Positions 8,755-17,392 of a DNA stretch of 20,957 nt are shown one piece after another (the stretch's first letter is position 1; every line of letters begins with the position of its first letter). The notes under the pieces are model-generated. The model was not told the origin of the DNA and did not search any database. It worked only from the letters and a program-made list of their open reading frames with translations. Source of the DNA: Candidatus Heimdallarchaeota archaeon (GTDB lineage: Archaea; Asgardarchaeota; Heimdallarchaeia; Heimdallarchaeales; Kariarchaeaceae); the NCBI GenBank assembly GCA_015523565.1, contig WAKA01000181.1:1-20957 (forward strand). The letters are read 5' to 3'. The translations under genes were made by a program, and so were the position numbers.

Positions 8755-11494
8755 GCATTCTTAACGCTAGAAAGGCTGGAAAAATATAACTTCTTAACAG
8801 GAAAGTGTCAAGGAATATTGAAACAACTAAAATTAGACCAGAATGAACAAGCACAGGAATAGATGCGAAAAGGAGGGAGGAAAAACTCATGATCATCAGC
8901 ATACCACTCGATCGAATGCTGTATGAAGAACTCACGATTGCATTTTCCAATGCCCTATCATTTGGGGTTTGAGTTAGCTCTTTCAAGTATCTCGAATAGA
9001 AATAAACATCAAAATCAATTGCAAATGCAAGCAAAATAAATGCCGAAAAGACAAACACATTGAAATTAAGTGAGAATGAAAAGAATGCATGTGCTAGGAT
9101 TGTTGTAAGCGCCAAACTGAGAAGCACACTAATTATGACAGATAAAAGAAGCCTAAGGGGAACGAAAAAGAATGATCGAAAAATCACACCCAAAAACAAT
9201 GAGAGAAGCGTTATTGACAAGATCAAACGAATAGGAATATCATTTACAACTTTTTCATGGGATTGTGCAATTTCATAAAGAAAGCCATTAATTTCTACAA
9301 AGACAAAATCTTTGTTTTTTTCAACAAATGAATTAACAATGCTTTTTATTTCGTTTATTGAGGGGATAATATCCAATTGGTTCTGGACTTTTTGAAAAGT
9401 GATTATTAGTGACGTGCTATTTGAATTCACATATTGGCTAGAAATGATTTTTGCAGTACCTGCAACAATGAATCCAGAGCTTGATTCATTTAGATCAACA
9501 GGAGTCCCATATGGCCACATTGGTGAAAGAACCTGCCTAACCAATTCAACTTTTAAGAGTTGAGCACTAAGATTTGAGAGTGGTCTAAGAACTGGAAGAT
9601 TTAGGCTTTCATTTGTGAATTTCAGTTGGACAATGCTTTCCATCTTAATTGAAATTTGCGAAAAGATATTTTCTTTGAAATCGGAATAGATTGTAGCCAT
9701 TACTTCTGAATTGGGATCTTTGGTTGATAGAAAATCAGTAGGGGTGGTTTTTGGAGGAAAGTGGAAAATAATGGCAACAGAAAGCAGAAACAAAATGAAA
9801 ATCAAAAGCAGGGCTTTCTTTGGATTATTGATGAAAAATAAATGTGGTCTTGATTTATGTATTGTTGATGGAAACTGCAGAGATCCCGATAGAAAAATCA
9901 GGGTCAATGGAATTGATCCAAGAACCAATGTCACTTGAATAATTAATCCAGAGATGGTCAAGATACTGAGACCTTGAAAAAAGCGTATCTTGCTAAACAT
10001 CAATGGACTCAAAGTTATGACTACTGCTGAAGATGAAATCAATATCGAATTCCTTGCATCCTTCATTGAATTGGCAATTGAAGTGAGATGTCGATCTTTA
10101 GTTTCCAGAAAACGGGATACTAGAAATATTGAATAATTCATGGATGCACCAAAAATCAAGACATTAGAAATCAAGGCTTCAATTTTTGTAGGGGGAAACA
10201 ATGGGAAAATAAAAACAGAAATTGCACCGCGGGTAATCAGAAGTGAGAAAACATTCACAGCCATAACAATAAATGCAAGAAAAATCCTGCGGAACATGAA
10301 AACAAAGAGACCAAATCCTGCGAGTAGCGCAATAACATCAATCAGTGAAATATCAAGTTCCAATCTTGTATTGAGTTCATCTGAAAGATTATAGATTGTC
10401 AAAAGTGAGATATCCAGTCCCATTTTCTGCCCTTGTGAAATAATTGGAAGTTTTAACATGTTCTCGACAACCTCTCTGACTTCACTTTCAGAAAGGGAGG
10501 TGTTAAGGGGAATCCGAAGAACAGTTTTTTGGATTGGCTCATTTGGATCATTATAATCAGTATATAAACGCAGGAATACATTACGAATGGTTTCGTTGAA
10601 GCCTATAGGAACCATCCGTGCGTTAATGAATTCGAACAAATGCGTTCTAGCATATTGTATGGGGTAAAGCAAATTGGCAGAAGCATAGGTTTCTTCAAGA
10701 AATTCGATAATTTGCGTATCATTTGAACCGAAAAGGACTGATGATGCAAAAGAGTAAAATGTCATCGCATCCAAGGGTTGACCAAAATCAAAGGAAGTAA
10801 ACACTAAATCTGCAAATATGCCCATTTCACTTGGCAAAATTTCTTGAAAAGAAGGTACATTATTGAGGAATGCATTTTTAAAACTTGAAAAATTTGAATA
10901 ATTGCCGTCTATAATTGAGAGAATTGTGTGTTTTGTTATATTGTACCAAGACTTAATTTGTTCAATCACAAGAGAGCCAAAGGGATATTTTGGCAAGATT
11001 TGAAGGGAATCGTTTATCGCAGCATCAATTGCTTTTGACACATTTCCATTTGAAGAATACGAAAGAAATGCAGTTTCCAGGATTATGGACGTTTGGTTGA
11101 TTAAAACAAAATAAGTAAGGTTTAGGAAAATAATGGATAACTGAACATTTCTGATATATGATGAAAGAATGTTGTAGCCAAGTTGAAAAATATCTTGCTT
11201 CTGCTTCCTTTGGTCAATCACACCTCGAAAAGACTGATCAATTTCATATTTGAAAAATTCAGTCCAATTTTTCACCTGTGAATTAAGGACATTTCCTGTT
11301 ACATTTTGCACAAGAACAAGCAACTCATTCTCTACAGAAAAACCAAAGGCAGTTGCATCTTTTTGACGTGTTTCACGAACCTGAAAACCAGTATCTTTAA
11401 TTGAGGATGTAAAATATAGTCCAGGGATTATAAAATAAAATGCAAGGAGAGAATATAGAATAACTGAAAAATAAAGTTGATTTTTAATTTTCAC
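8732..11494 (-). CDS. MMPL/RND-superfamily membrane transporter (12-TM, two extracytoplasmic loops)
   Basis: Topology 1TM-large loop-5TM-1TM-loop-5TM. TM4-like GASMNYSIFLVSRFLE and TM10-like AFAIDFDVYFYSRYLKE; also SIRSSGMLM..SF and LDTFLLRSYIFPA, which are typical MMPL C-terminal motifs. Confidence 0.85.
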   Translation of the reverse strand: MKIKNQLYFSVILYSLLAFYFIIPGLYFTSSIKDTGFQVRETRQKDATAFGFSVENELLVLVQNVTGNVLNSQVKNWTEFFKYEIDQSFRGVIDQRKQKQDIFQLGYNILSSYIRNVQLSIIFLNLTYFVLINQTSIILETAFLSYSSNGNVSKAIDAAINDSLQILPKYPFGSLVIEQIKSWYNITKHTILSIIDGNYSNFSSFKNAFLNNVPSFQEILPSEMGIFADLVFTSFDFGQPLDAMTFYSFASSVLFGSNDTQIIEFLEETYASANLLYPIQYARTHLFEFINARMVPIGFNETIRNVFLRLYTDYNDPNEPIQKTVLRIPLNTSLSESEVREVVENMLKLPIISQGQKMGLDISLLTIYNLSDELNTRLELDISLIDVIALLAGFGLFVFMFRRIFLAFIVMAVNVFSLLITRGAISVFIFPLFPPTKIEALISNVLIFGASMNYSIFLVSRFLETKDRHLTSIANSMKDARNSILISSSAVVITLSPLMFSKIRFFQGLSILTISGLIIQVTLVLGSIPLTLIFLSGSLQFPSTIHKSRPHLFFINNPKKALLLIFILFLLSVAIIFHFPPKTTPTDFLSTKDPNSEVMATIYSDFKENIFSQISIKMESIVQLKFTNESLNLPVLRPLSNLSAQLLKVELVRQVLSPMWPYGTPVDLNESSSGFIVAGTAKIISSQYVNSNSTSLIITFQKVQNQLDIIPSINEIKSIVNSFVEKNKDFVFVEINGFLYEIAQSHEKVVNDIPIRLILSITLLSLFLGVIFRSFFFVPLRLLLSVIISVLLSLALTTILAHAFFSFSLNFNVFVFSAFILLAFAIDFDVYFYSRYLKELTQTPNDRALENAIVSSSYSIRSSGMLMIMSFSSLLFASIPVLVHSGLILVVSIFLDTFLLRSYIFPAFLALRMPTQSDRV

Positions 11495-11553
11495 ATGTTT
11501 CTGATGAATTAATTTAAGAAAATCTTATTTATCAACAATTGTTCATTTTGTCA

Positions 11554-13467
11554 TTATTTTCTTTTTCTTAGGACTGGAGCAACCATCAACAAAGCAACAA
11601 TTGCAATAACATAAGTAAATGCAGGTCCAGGAACTTGTGGTGTACTACCACTTGTGGCCGGGGAGGATGAGGATGCGCTTGTTGATGTGTTTGTGGAAGA
11701 ACCACCAGCTGGAGAACTGGAAAGTTCAGAACTAATGCTACTTTCAAAGCCTTGGGTATCTGGAGTAAGGTCATATGAAAGTGAAAGGGTGACATTCAAG
11801 TCATAAATGGAGAAAGCAGCACTTCCATCCATGAATGTTTCATACATTGATGAAGTTCCCACACCCTTTTCATAAGCTTGCATTACAAAGTCAATATCCA
11901 TATCTCCAGCAAGTTTTATGTATTGGAGATGACCCAATACGTTCATTTCAGATTCTTCTGTCAAAGATGCATTTAAGGTAAAATCTACATAAGTCCAAGA
12001 TGTAACATTGAAAAATTCATAGTCAGTTCCGTTCCATTCATATGAAAGGTAGGAATTTGTCTGGTTAAACTCAATGTTTGTATTGACATCCACTTCCATG
12101 GCACTATAGTAACCATTGTCATCGGTTACATCACCATTAAAGTCCATGGTTGCGGAATAATCAAAGTGAATAAGACCATCCAAACCCAAGAATGTTTGTG
12201 CCAGTTGGTCGCCAATAACACCAGCAAGCAAGAGCTCAAATGAATGAGTCAGATCCCAAGCCTCAAAAATATCAAAATCACGGGTAACGACTGGACCAGT
12301 CATGACAGGGGGGCCAAGAGGTATAGTTGCATTAGGACCGCCAGGTCCACCTGGTCCACCTGGTCCACCTGGACCACCAGGCATACCACCAGGACCCATC
12401 ATCAATAATGCAGACATAGCAGTATAGGTATCAAAAGGCAAACGTCCAAATCCTGCAAACCATATGGGGGCTGGAATTGGATCCATTGTATCAGTTGTCG
12501 AATTGTATACGGAACCAGTGACTTGATAGTAGAGTCCATTAATTTCAGTAACTTCAAAGCTCATCAGAGTTTTTCCTTCAAGAGCATTCAATTGCATTTT
12601 CAGGTCATTGAGGGATTGGGAAACATTTGCATCTGTTGAGGTGAAAGAGAAATCTGCGCTATCTGCAATAACATCAAATTTGTCACCAGCTGAAAGTAAC
12701 AAACCATTGTGGACAGTTTCAGAATAGCTGAATGAGATATCAAACAGATCCTCCCCTGAGCTCCTATTGGTAAGAGTCAAATCCACAGAGTCAAGGAGAC
12801 CAGAAGGTTTAGCCCAAGATACCGCACCGTTCAAATCAATCCTATAACTTCCATTTTCGTTCAAATTGACATTTGTGGCGCTAATTTCAAATTGGGCATT
12901 GTCATTTGTCACAGAAAGACCAGAAGGAGCATTGGGGTCATTGATGATGGTCTGAATGACTGCTTCATGCAAATCGTATTCATCATTAAGATAAACTGGC
13001 AATGGGAATACGTTGAAGAATGAAGCATTGAACATTGTACTAGTGCTAAATATATTAGTCATTGACAATGCCATTCCGCTGGGCATAATAACAGGGGTTC
13101 CATTTATATCAAGAGTCACAGGAGCACCCAAAATCAAGCCGCCAGTAACGTCCACAACAGGAACGTTTCCAGACACTTGAGTTGAGGTTCGTGGATCCCA
13201 ATATGAAGTGAAAACGTCACCAACAGCCATGACCTTTATATAAATATCAGAAGTTGAAAGGTCAAGGACTGGATCAATTGGGAAGTCAGGTGGGAGTTGA
13301 CCTCCTGACAAGGTCATGAAATTAATTTTGAATGTATCGACATCATACCATAAGGTATCGCCAGGATCAGCAGTCACATTAAATGCCTTGACAGGAGCAA
13401 GGGGACTATTGAAAACGGCAAGTGCAGACACAACCAATAAAGTTGTGAGTAGTAATCCTTTTTTCAT
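11554..13467 (-). CDS. Secreted acidic surface (glyco)protein with Ser/Thr linker and PGF-CTERM-like C-terminal anchor (S-layer-like candidate)
   Basis: Signal peptide MKKGLLLTTLLVVSALAVF; D/E/S/T-rich beta-type body; S/T-rich linker; VPGP + hydrophobic helix + RKRK tail; SD GAGGTG 9 nt before the ATG on the minus strand. Confidence 0.8.
   Translation of the reverse strand: MKKGLLLTTLLVVSALAVFNSPLAPVKAFNVTADPGDTLWYDVDTFKINFMTLSGGQLPPDFPIDPVLDLSTSDIYIKVMAVGDVFTSYWDPRTSTQVSGNVPVVDVTGGLILGAPVTLDINGTPVIMPSGMALSMTNIFSTSTMFNASFFNVFPLPVYLNDEYDLHEAVIQTIINDPNAPSGLSVTNDNAQFEISATNVNLNENGSYRIDLNGAVSWAKPSGLLDSVDLTLTNRSSGEDLFDISFSYSETVHNGLLLSAGDKFDVIADSADFSFTSTDANVSQSLNDLKMQLNALEGKTLMSFEVTEINGLYYQVTGSVYNSTTDTMDPIPAPIWFAGFGRLPFDTYTAMSALLMMGPGGMPGGPGGPGGPGGPGGPNATIPLGPPVMTGPVVTRDFDIFEAWDLTHSFELLLAGVIGDQLAQTFLGLDGLIHFDYSATMDFNGDVTDDNGYYSAMEVDVNTNIEFNQTNSYLSYEWNGTDYEFFNVTSWTYVDFTLNASLTEESEMNVLGHLQYIKLAGDMDIDFVMQAYEKGVGTSSMYETFMDGSAAFSIYDLNVTLSLSYDLTPDTQGFESSISSELSSSPAGGSSTNTSTSASSSSPATSGSTPQVPGPAFTYVIAIVALLMVAPVLRKRK
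12334..12396 (-). repeat. In-frame Gly/Pro tandem repeat (GPGGMPGGPGGPGGPGGPGGP); 9-bp unit GGTCCACCT x3 on the + strand at 12344-12370
   Basis: Directly visible in the DNA and in the translation. Confidence 0.9.
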
Positions 13468-13604
13468 TATTTACAACACCTCTTTGTTGTCATACAATTA
13501 TTTGCCCATCATAAATATATACATTTAGAATTATACAATCATAGAATACACATCACATTGGCGAAAACAGGGAAAATGAATGCAAAACATGATTTTAACG
13601 CACA

Positions 13605-14795
13605 TCAGCTACTTTTTGTGAGATTATTAAGATAATCAACAGTATCTGTAAGGATTGTCACATGTTTTGTAAGCTCATCCATTTCCTGTTTGACTTCATC
13701 AATTGAAGCACTTACTTCTTCAAACGAAGCAGTGTTCTCTTCTGATATGGCCGCCAACCCTTCCAAGTCTTCGTGCATATTTTGGAATTGTTGTCTGAAA
13801 GAATTAAAGATATCATGGATGCGAGATGTTATTTTCTCCAATAATTCATTTGTCTCAACTGATAATTTGCGAATATTCTCTGCCACTACTGTAAAACCGC
13901 GACCATAGTCACCAGCCCTGCTTGCTTCAATTCCAGCATTCAGTGAAAGAATATTGATCTGTATTGCAACTTCAGAAACGGCCTGTATATTTTTTTCAAT
14001 TGTCTGAGAAAGACGAAGCAGGTTTTCGGCTGAAACATCGAATTTTTCGTTCAATGAATTAAGAAGAGAAGTTTCTGTATTTGCACCTTCAGTAAGGGCG
14101 GCAATAACATTTGTTATATCATTGGATGAATTTATAATAAGGGAATATTTTTCTTTTAATTCCCCTGTTGACTCTGACAGAACAGACAAAACAGAATCTA
14201 CAGTTTGGTAGTAATCATCCAAATATTGCATAAGCTCATTGATTAATTCGGCATGGATTGTAAAAACACTATCCTTGAGGAGTTTTGGATTGGAGATACG
14301 ATAAGTAAAATCATTCTCAGAGACATGGTCTTTCACATTCACCAATTCATTTGACAAAACATCAATCGGTTTAAGTAGATTGACAGTAATCGCCATGAAA
14401 ATTATGTAATACCAAACCAAAGGAACCCACCAAAGATAGTTTACAACACCCCATGCGTCCAATGCATAGAACAGTTGGGGTTGATACGCAAGAGCTATCA
14501 CAACAACGAAAAGTCGCAAAACGGTTAAAAATTTGAAGTCCCCGAAATTAAATCTGTTTTTTGACTTTAGGACAAATAAATAGACAACAGAAATAATTGT
14601 CAGGAAAAGGATATTACCCTCCAATGATTCAAGATTTAGTTTCATTGCATCAGGCCTGAATGGCAATGACATGATTGGAAACAGGAAATAAGGGACGACA
14701 AGCCATTCAAGCCAATGAACATAGGATTCTGAAAATAGCATGTGTTTTGCAGAACCCACCATTTTTTTCGATTTCTCGATATTGTTGTCCATCAT
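13605..14795 (-). CDS. Methyl-accepting chemotaxis protein (multi-TM N-terminus, degenerate HAMP, short signalling domain)
   Basis: Hairpin-tip motif QINILSLNAGIEASRAGDYGRGFTVVAENIRKLS, methylation-like EENTASFEEVSAS, and about 4 N-terminal hydrophobic segments. Confidence 0.9.
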   Translation of the reverse strand: MMDNNIEKSKKMVGSAKHMLFSESYVHWLEWLVVPYFLFPIMSLPFRPDAMKLNLESLEGNILFLTIISVVYLFVLKSKNRFNFGDFKFLTVLRLFVVVIALAYQPQLFYALDAWGVVNYLWWVPLVWYYIIFMAITVNLLKPIDVLSNELVNVKDHVSENDFTYRISNPKLLKDSVFTIHAELINELMQYLDDYYQTVDSVLSVLSESTGELKEKYSLIINSSNDITNVIAALTEGANTETSLLNSLNEKFDVSAENLLRLSQTIEKNIQAVSEVAIQINILSLNAGIEASRAGDYGRGFTVVAENIRKLSVETNELLEKITSRIHDIFNSFRQQFQNMHEDLEGLAAISEENTASFEEVSASIDEVKQEMDELTKHVTILTDTVDYLNNLTKSS

Positions 14796-15021
14796 TAAAG
14801 AGTTTGTGATAAATTTTAATAAAAGGTTTACCAGATACTATTAAAATGGAGTTCCAATATTTTCATTTTCTGGAATTCTGTTCAAATTTTGAACTTTTGC
14901 ACAAATCTCCCAGTAGTTTGGAGAAAGTTCAATTCGATTTCAATAAAATGTCTCTTGCTTTGTAAGCTTCAAGTAGTATTAAAAATAGGTTTATTCGAGC
15001 TAGGGTAACCACTAGAGTTGA

Positions 15022-16926
15022 ATGAAAATGAATGTCAAGATGAAAGTTAAAGGGATTCTCTTTACAGCGGTCTTGATGGGGATTTTACTGATTGCAAACA
15101 CCAATTCACCAATTTTGGCAGAAACGCATTTTATCCCCACTGCAAAAGTACCGCCGATCATTGATGGAAATATTACGAAGCAGGAATGGAACAGTAGCGT
15201 ACAATTGAAAGCAGCGCTTGGAGATCGACGCGCAACTGTTTACGTGACATCTGCAAATGAGTCATTGTTCTTTGGACTGAACTTCACAAATCCCGAATTT
15301 GAGCCAGTCAATGCAAGTGCCCCCATTAATCAGACACATGATTTTGTGGCTTTGCAAATTGACAACAATCTTGACAAGAAAAGTTTAGGAACACTTGATT
15401 CACCAGATGACCTGTTGGTTGTGGATCAATACAATGAAACCTCTTTTGATGGATTTACAACAGCCAATGGAACAGCCCCCATTGCCTATGACACCACCGT
15501 CAATGGAACAAATGAAGGAATTGCAAAAAGATTGAACCAGACGGTAAACGGAGAAACATTGCTTGGATATGAATTCAGCAAGCCAGCCAACGGCAATGAT
15601 GAAAAGGGTGCCGATTTCAAGCTTGATGAGACAAATATCCTCCAATTCAGGTTTGTATATTGGTTCAATGCATCTGCTAATGCCACTATTTCAGAAGCGA
15701 TAAGCACTGAGTGGTTTTCATTGCGTGTCAATGAGACAGGAACAGGATTTGCATTAGCACCAAAAACGAACCAAACCAACTTGCTGATCGATTCAATTGG
15801 TAAGGACAATGAAGAAGGATTGAAAACAGTCTTGAATCTCTTCGGTTACAATTACACAATAAATAAGGACACAAGTGTTTTCAATAACACAGATTTCAAC
15901 AAAGATGCATTGATTGTTGTAATGGTTGGATCAGAAGGGTATTCGACACAAAACATCAATGCATTGACCGATTTCATCAGAAATGGTGGTCAAGCCATTG
16001 TTTTCCTTTCAAACCAGACGCAAGCGGCAAAAAGCGCTTCCAGGACGATTGCTGAGAAATTTGGAATTGAATTCTTGACAAACCGCATCTTGCAGAACGG
16101 TGATGATGTCGTCCTGATACCCAAGAGCAATTTCAATTCCAAGTTAGCGTTCTCAAGTGGAAAGTCAGTGGCAATTGACAGGGAAGCAGAAGCAGTACAG
16201 TTCACAACAGGTGCATTGAACATTACAGATGCCTTAAATCAAACCTTTATAGAATCACAGAGGTTTGCCATTTACAACTTGTTTGAAAACCTGAATGGAT
16301 TAGTGTATGATGAAAACGGCAACTTGGTGGCAGACTCTGGAGAGAGCTACAATGAGAACTTGAGTTTGGGAGTCGGCATTGACCTGCAAATTGGAGGAAG
16401 ACTTGCATTGTTCCCAACAAATCCATTGACCGATAATTATTTGACAAAGGCCGACAACATAGAATATTTCCTCAGGTTGATACCTTGGGCAAACAAGCAT
16501 ATCAGCAGGATACAAGTGAACAATTTCACCCTTTCACAGAACAATATGTCAATTAACACATTGGTGACAATCTCAGCCAATATAACTGACATTTTCGGTG
16601 AAAAAGTGCCTGAAAATGTTGAAGCAAGGGTTGTCTTAAGAAGAGCGGGGAGCATCCAAAACGAGATTGACCTGTTTGATGCTGGAAATGGCATTTATAC
16701 AGGAGAACTAAAAGTTTCAACATATGGATGGCAAGAATTTGAAATTGAGGTGTTTGCCTATGGATATGGATTTGCCCAAGGTGAAAAACTACCCATTTTC
16801 GTGGAGAAAGCACCACCAAAATTCAACTCACTAAGTGACATAAACATCTTCCTTGCAATAACTGGATTTATTTTGACCCCCGCGGTATTTTTCTATGGAT
16901 ATAAAGGTATCAAGAAACAAGAATAA
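15022..16926 (+). CDS. Type I membrane glycoprotein: N-terminal CBM9/DOMON-like domain fused to an oligosaccharyltransferase Wbp1/OST48 (DDOST)-like region
   Basis: Signal peptide; [13 protein letters not shown] (CBM9/DOMON-like start); [18 protein letters not shown]..FGIEF (GIFT domain); GGRLAL..TDNYL..DN.....LIPW; [28 protein letters not shown]; single C-terminal TM followed by KGIKKQE; about 23 N-x-S/T sequons by hand count. Confidence 0.7.
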   Translation: [634 protein letters not shown]

Positions 16927-16988
16927 ACCTAAATTAAAGTCACGAAGTGTTGTAAAGAGATAAATATTTGATTATCAAACATTGATTC

Positions 16989-17351
16989 ATGTTTTTCCGA
17001 AAGAAAGATGAAACAGCCAAGTCAGGCAAGTCAGGATGGGAATGCTGGTTCTGCAATAGAGGCATAACAAAGGATGGCGCTTTTTTGACGCCTGAAGATG
17101 TCAAGGGCGTTTTCCATGACGTGTTTACAGAAACGGAGATAAATTTCGACCTCTCATCCTATGGAGTTTGCCAGATTTGTGCAGGACTGTTGAAATTCAT
17201 TGCACAGGATTCCGTCGCCGCAAGGATAAAAATCAATGAAGCAAGTGCCAAGCTTAAGGACAAGGCAGGAAACGTCAAGGAAAGCCTGAAATCCAAGGCA
17301 TTCAGCTTGAAAAGTAAAATTGAAGAAAGACGGAAAGACAATGAAGAGTAA
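16989..17351 (+). CDS. Hypothetical protein with C4 Zn finger (CWFC...CQIC) and basic helical tail
   Basis: Two CxxC pairs and a Lys-rich C-terminal helix; fills the gap between co-oriented genes. Confidence 0.7.
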   Translation: MFFRKKDETAKSGKSGWECWFCNRGITKDGAFLTPEDVKGVFHDVFTETEINFDLSSYGVCQICAGLLKFIAQDSVAARIKINEASAKLKDKAGNVKESLKSKAFSLKSKIEERRKDNEE

Positions 17352-17392
17352 CGAAATAAGTTAAATAGAAAAGAACCACAATTATCATAAGA

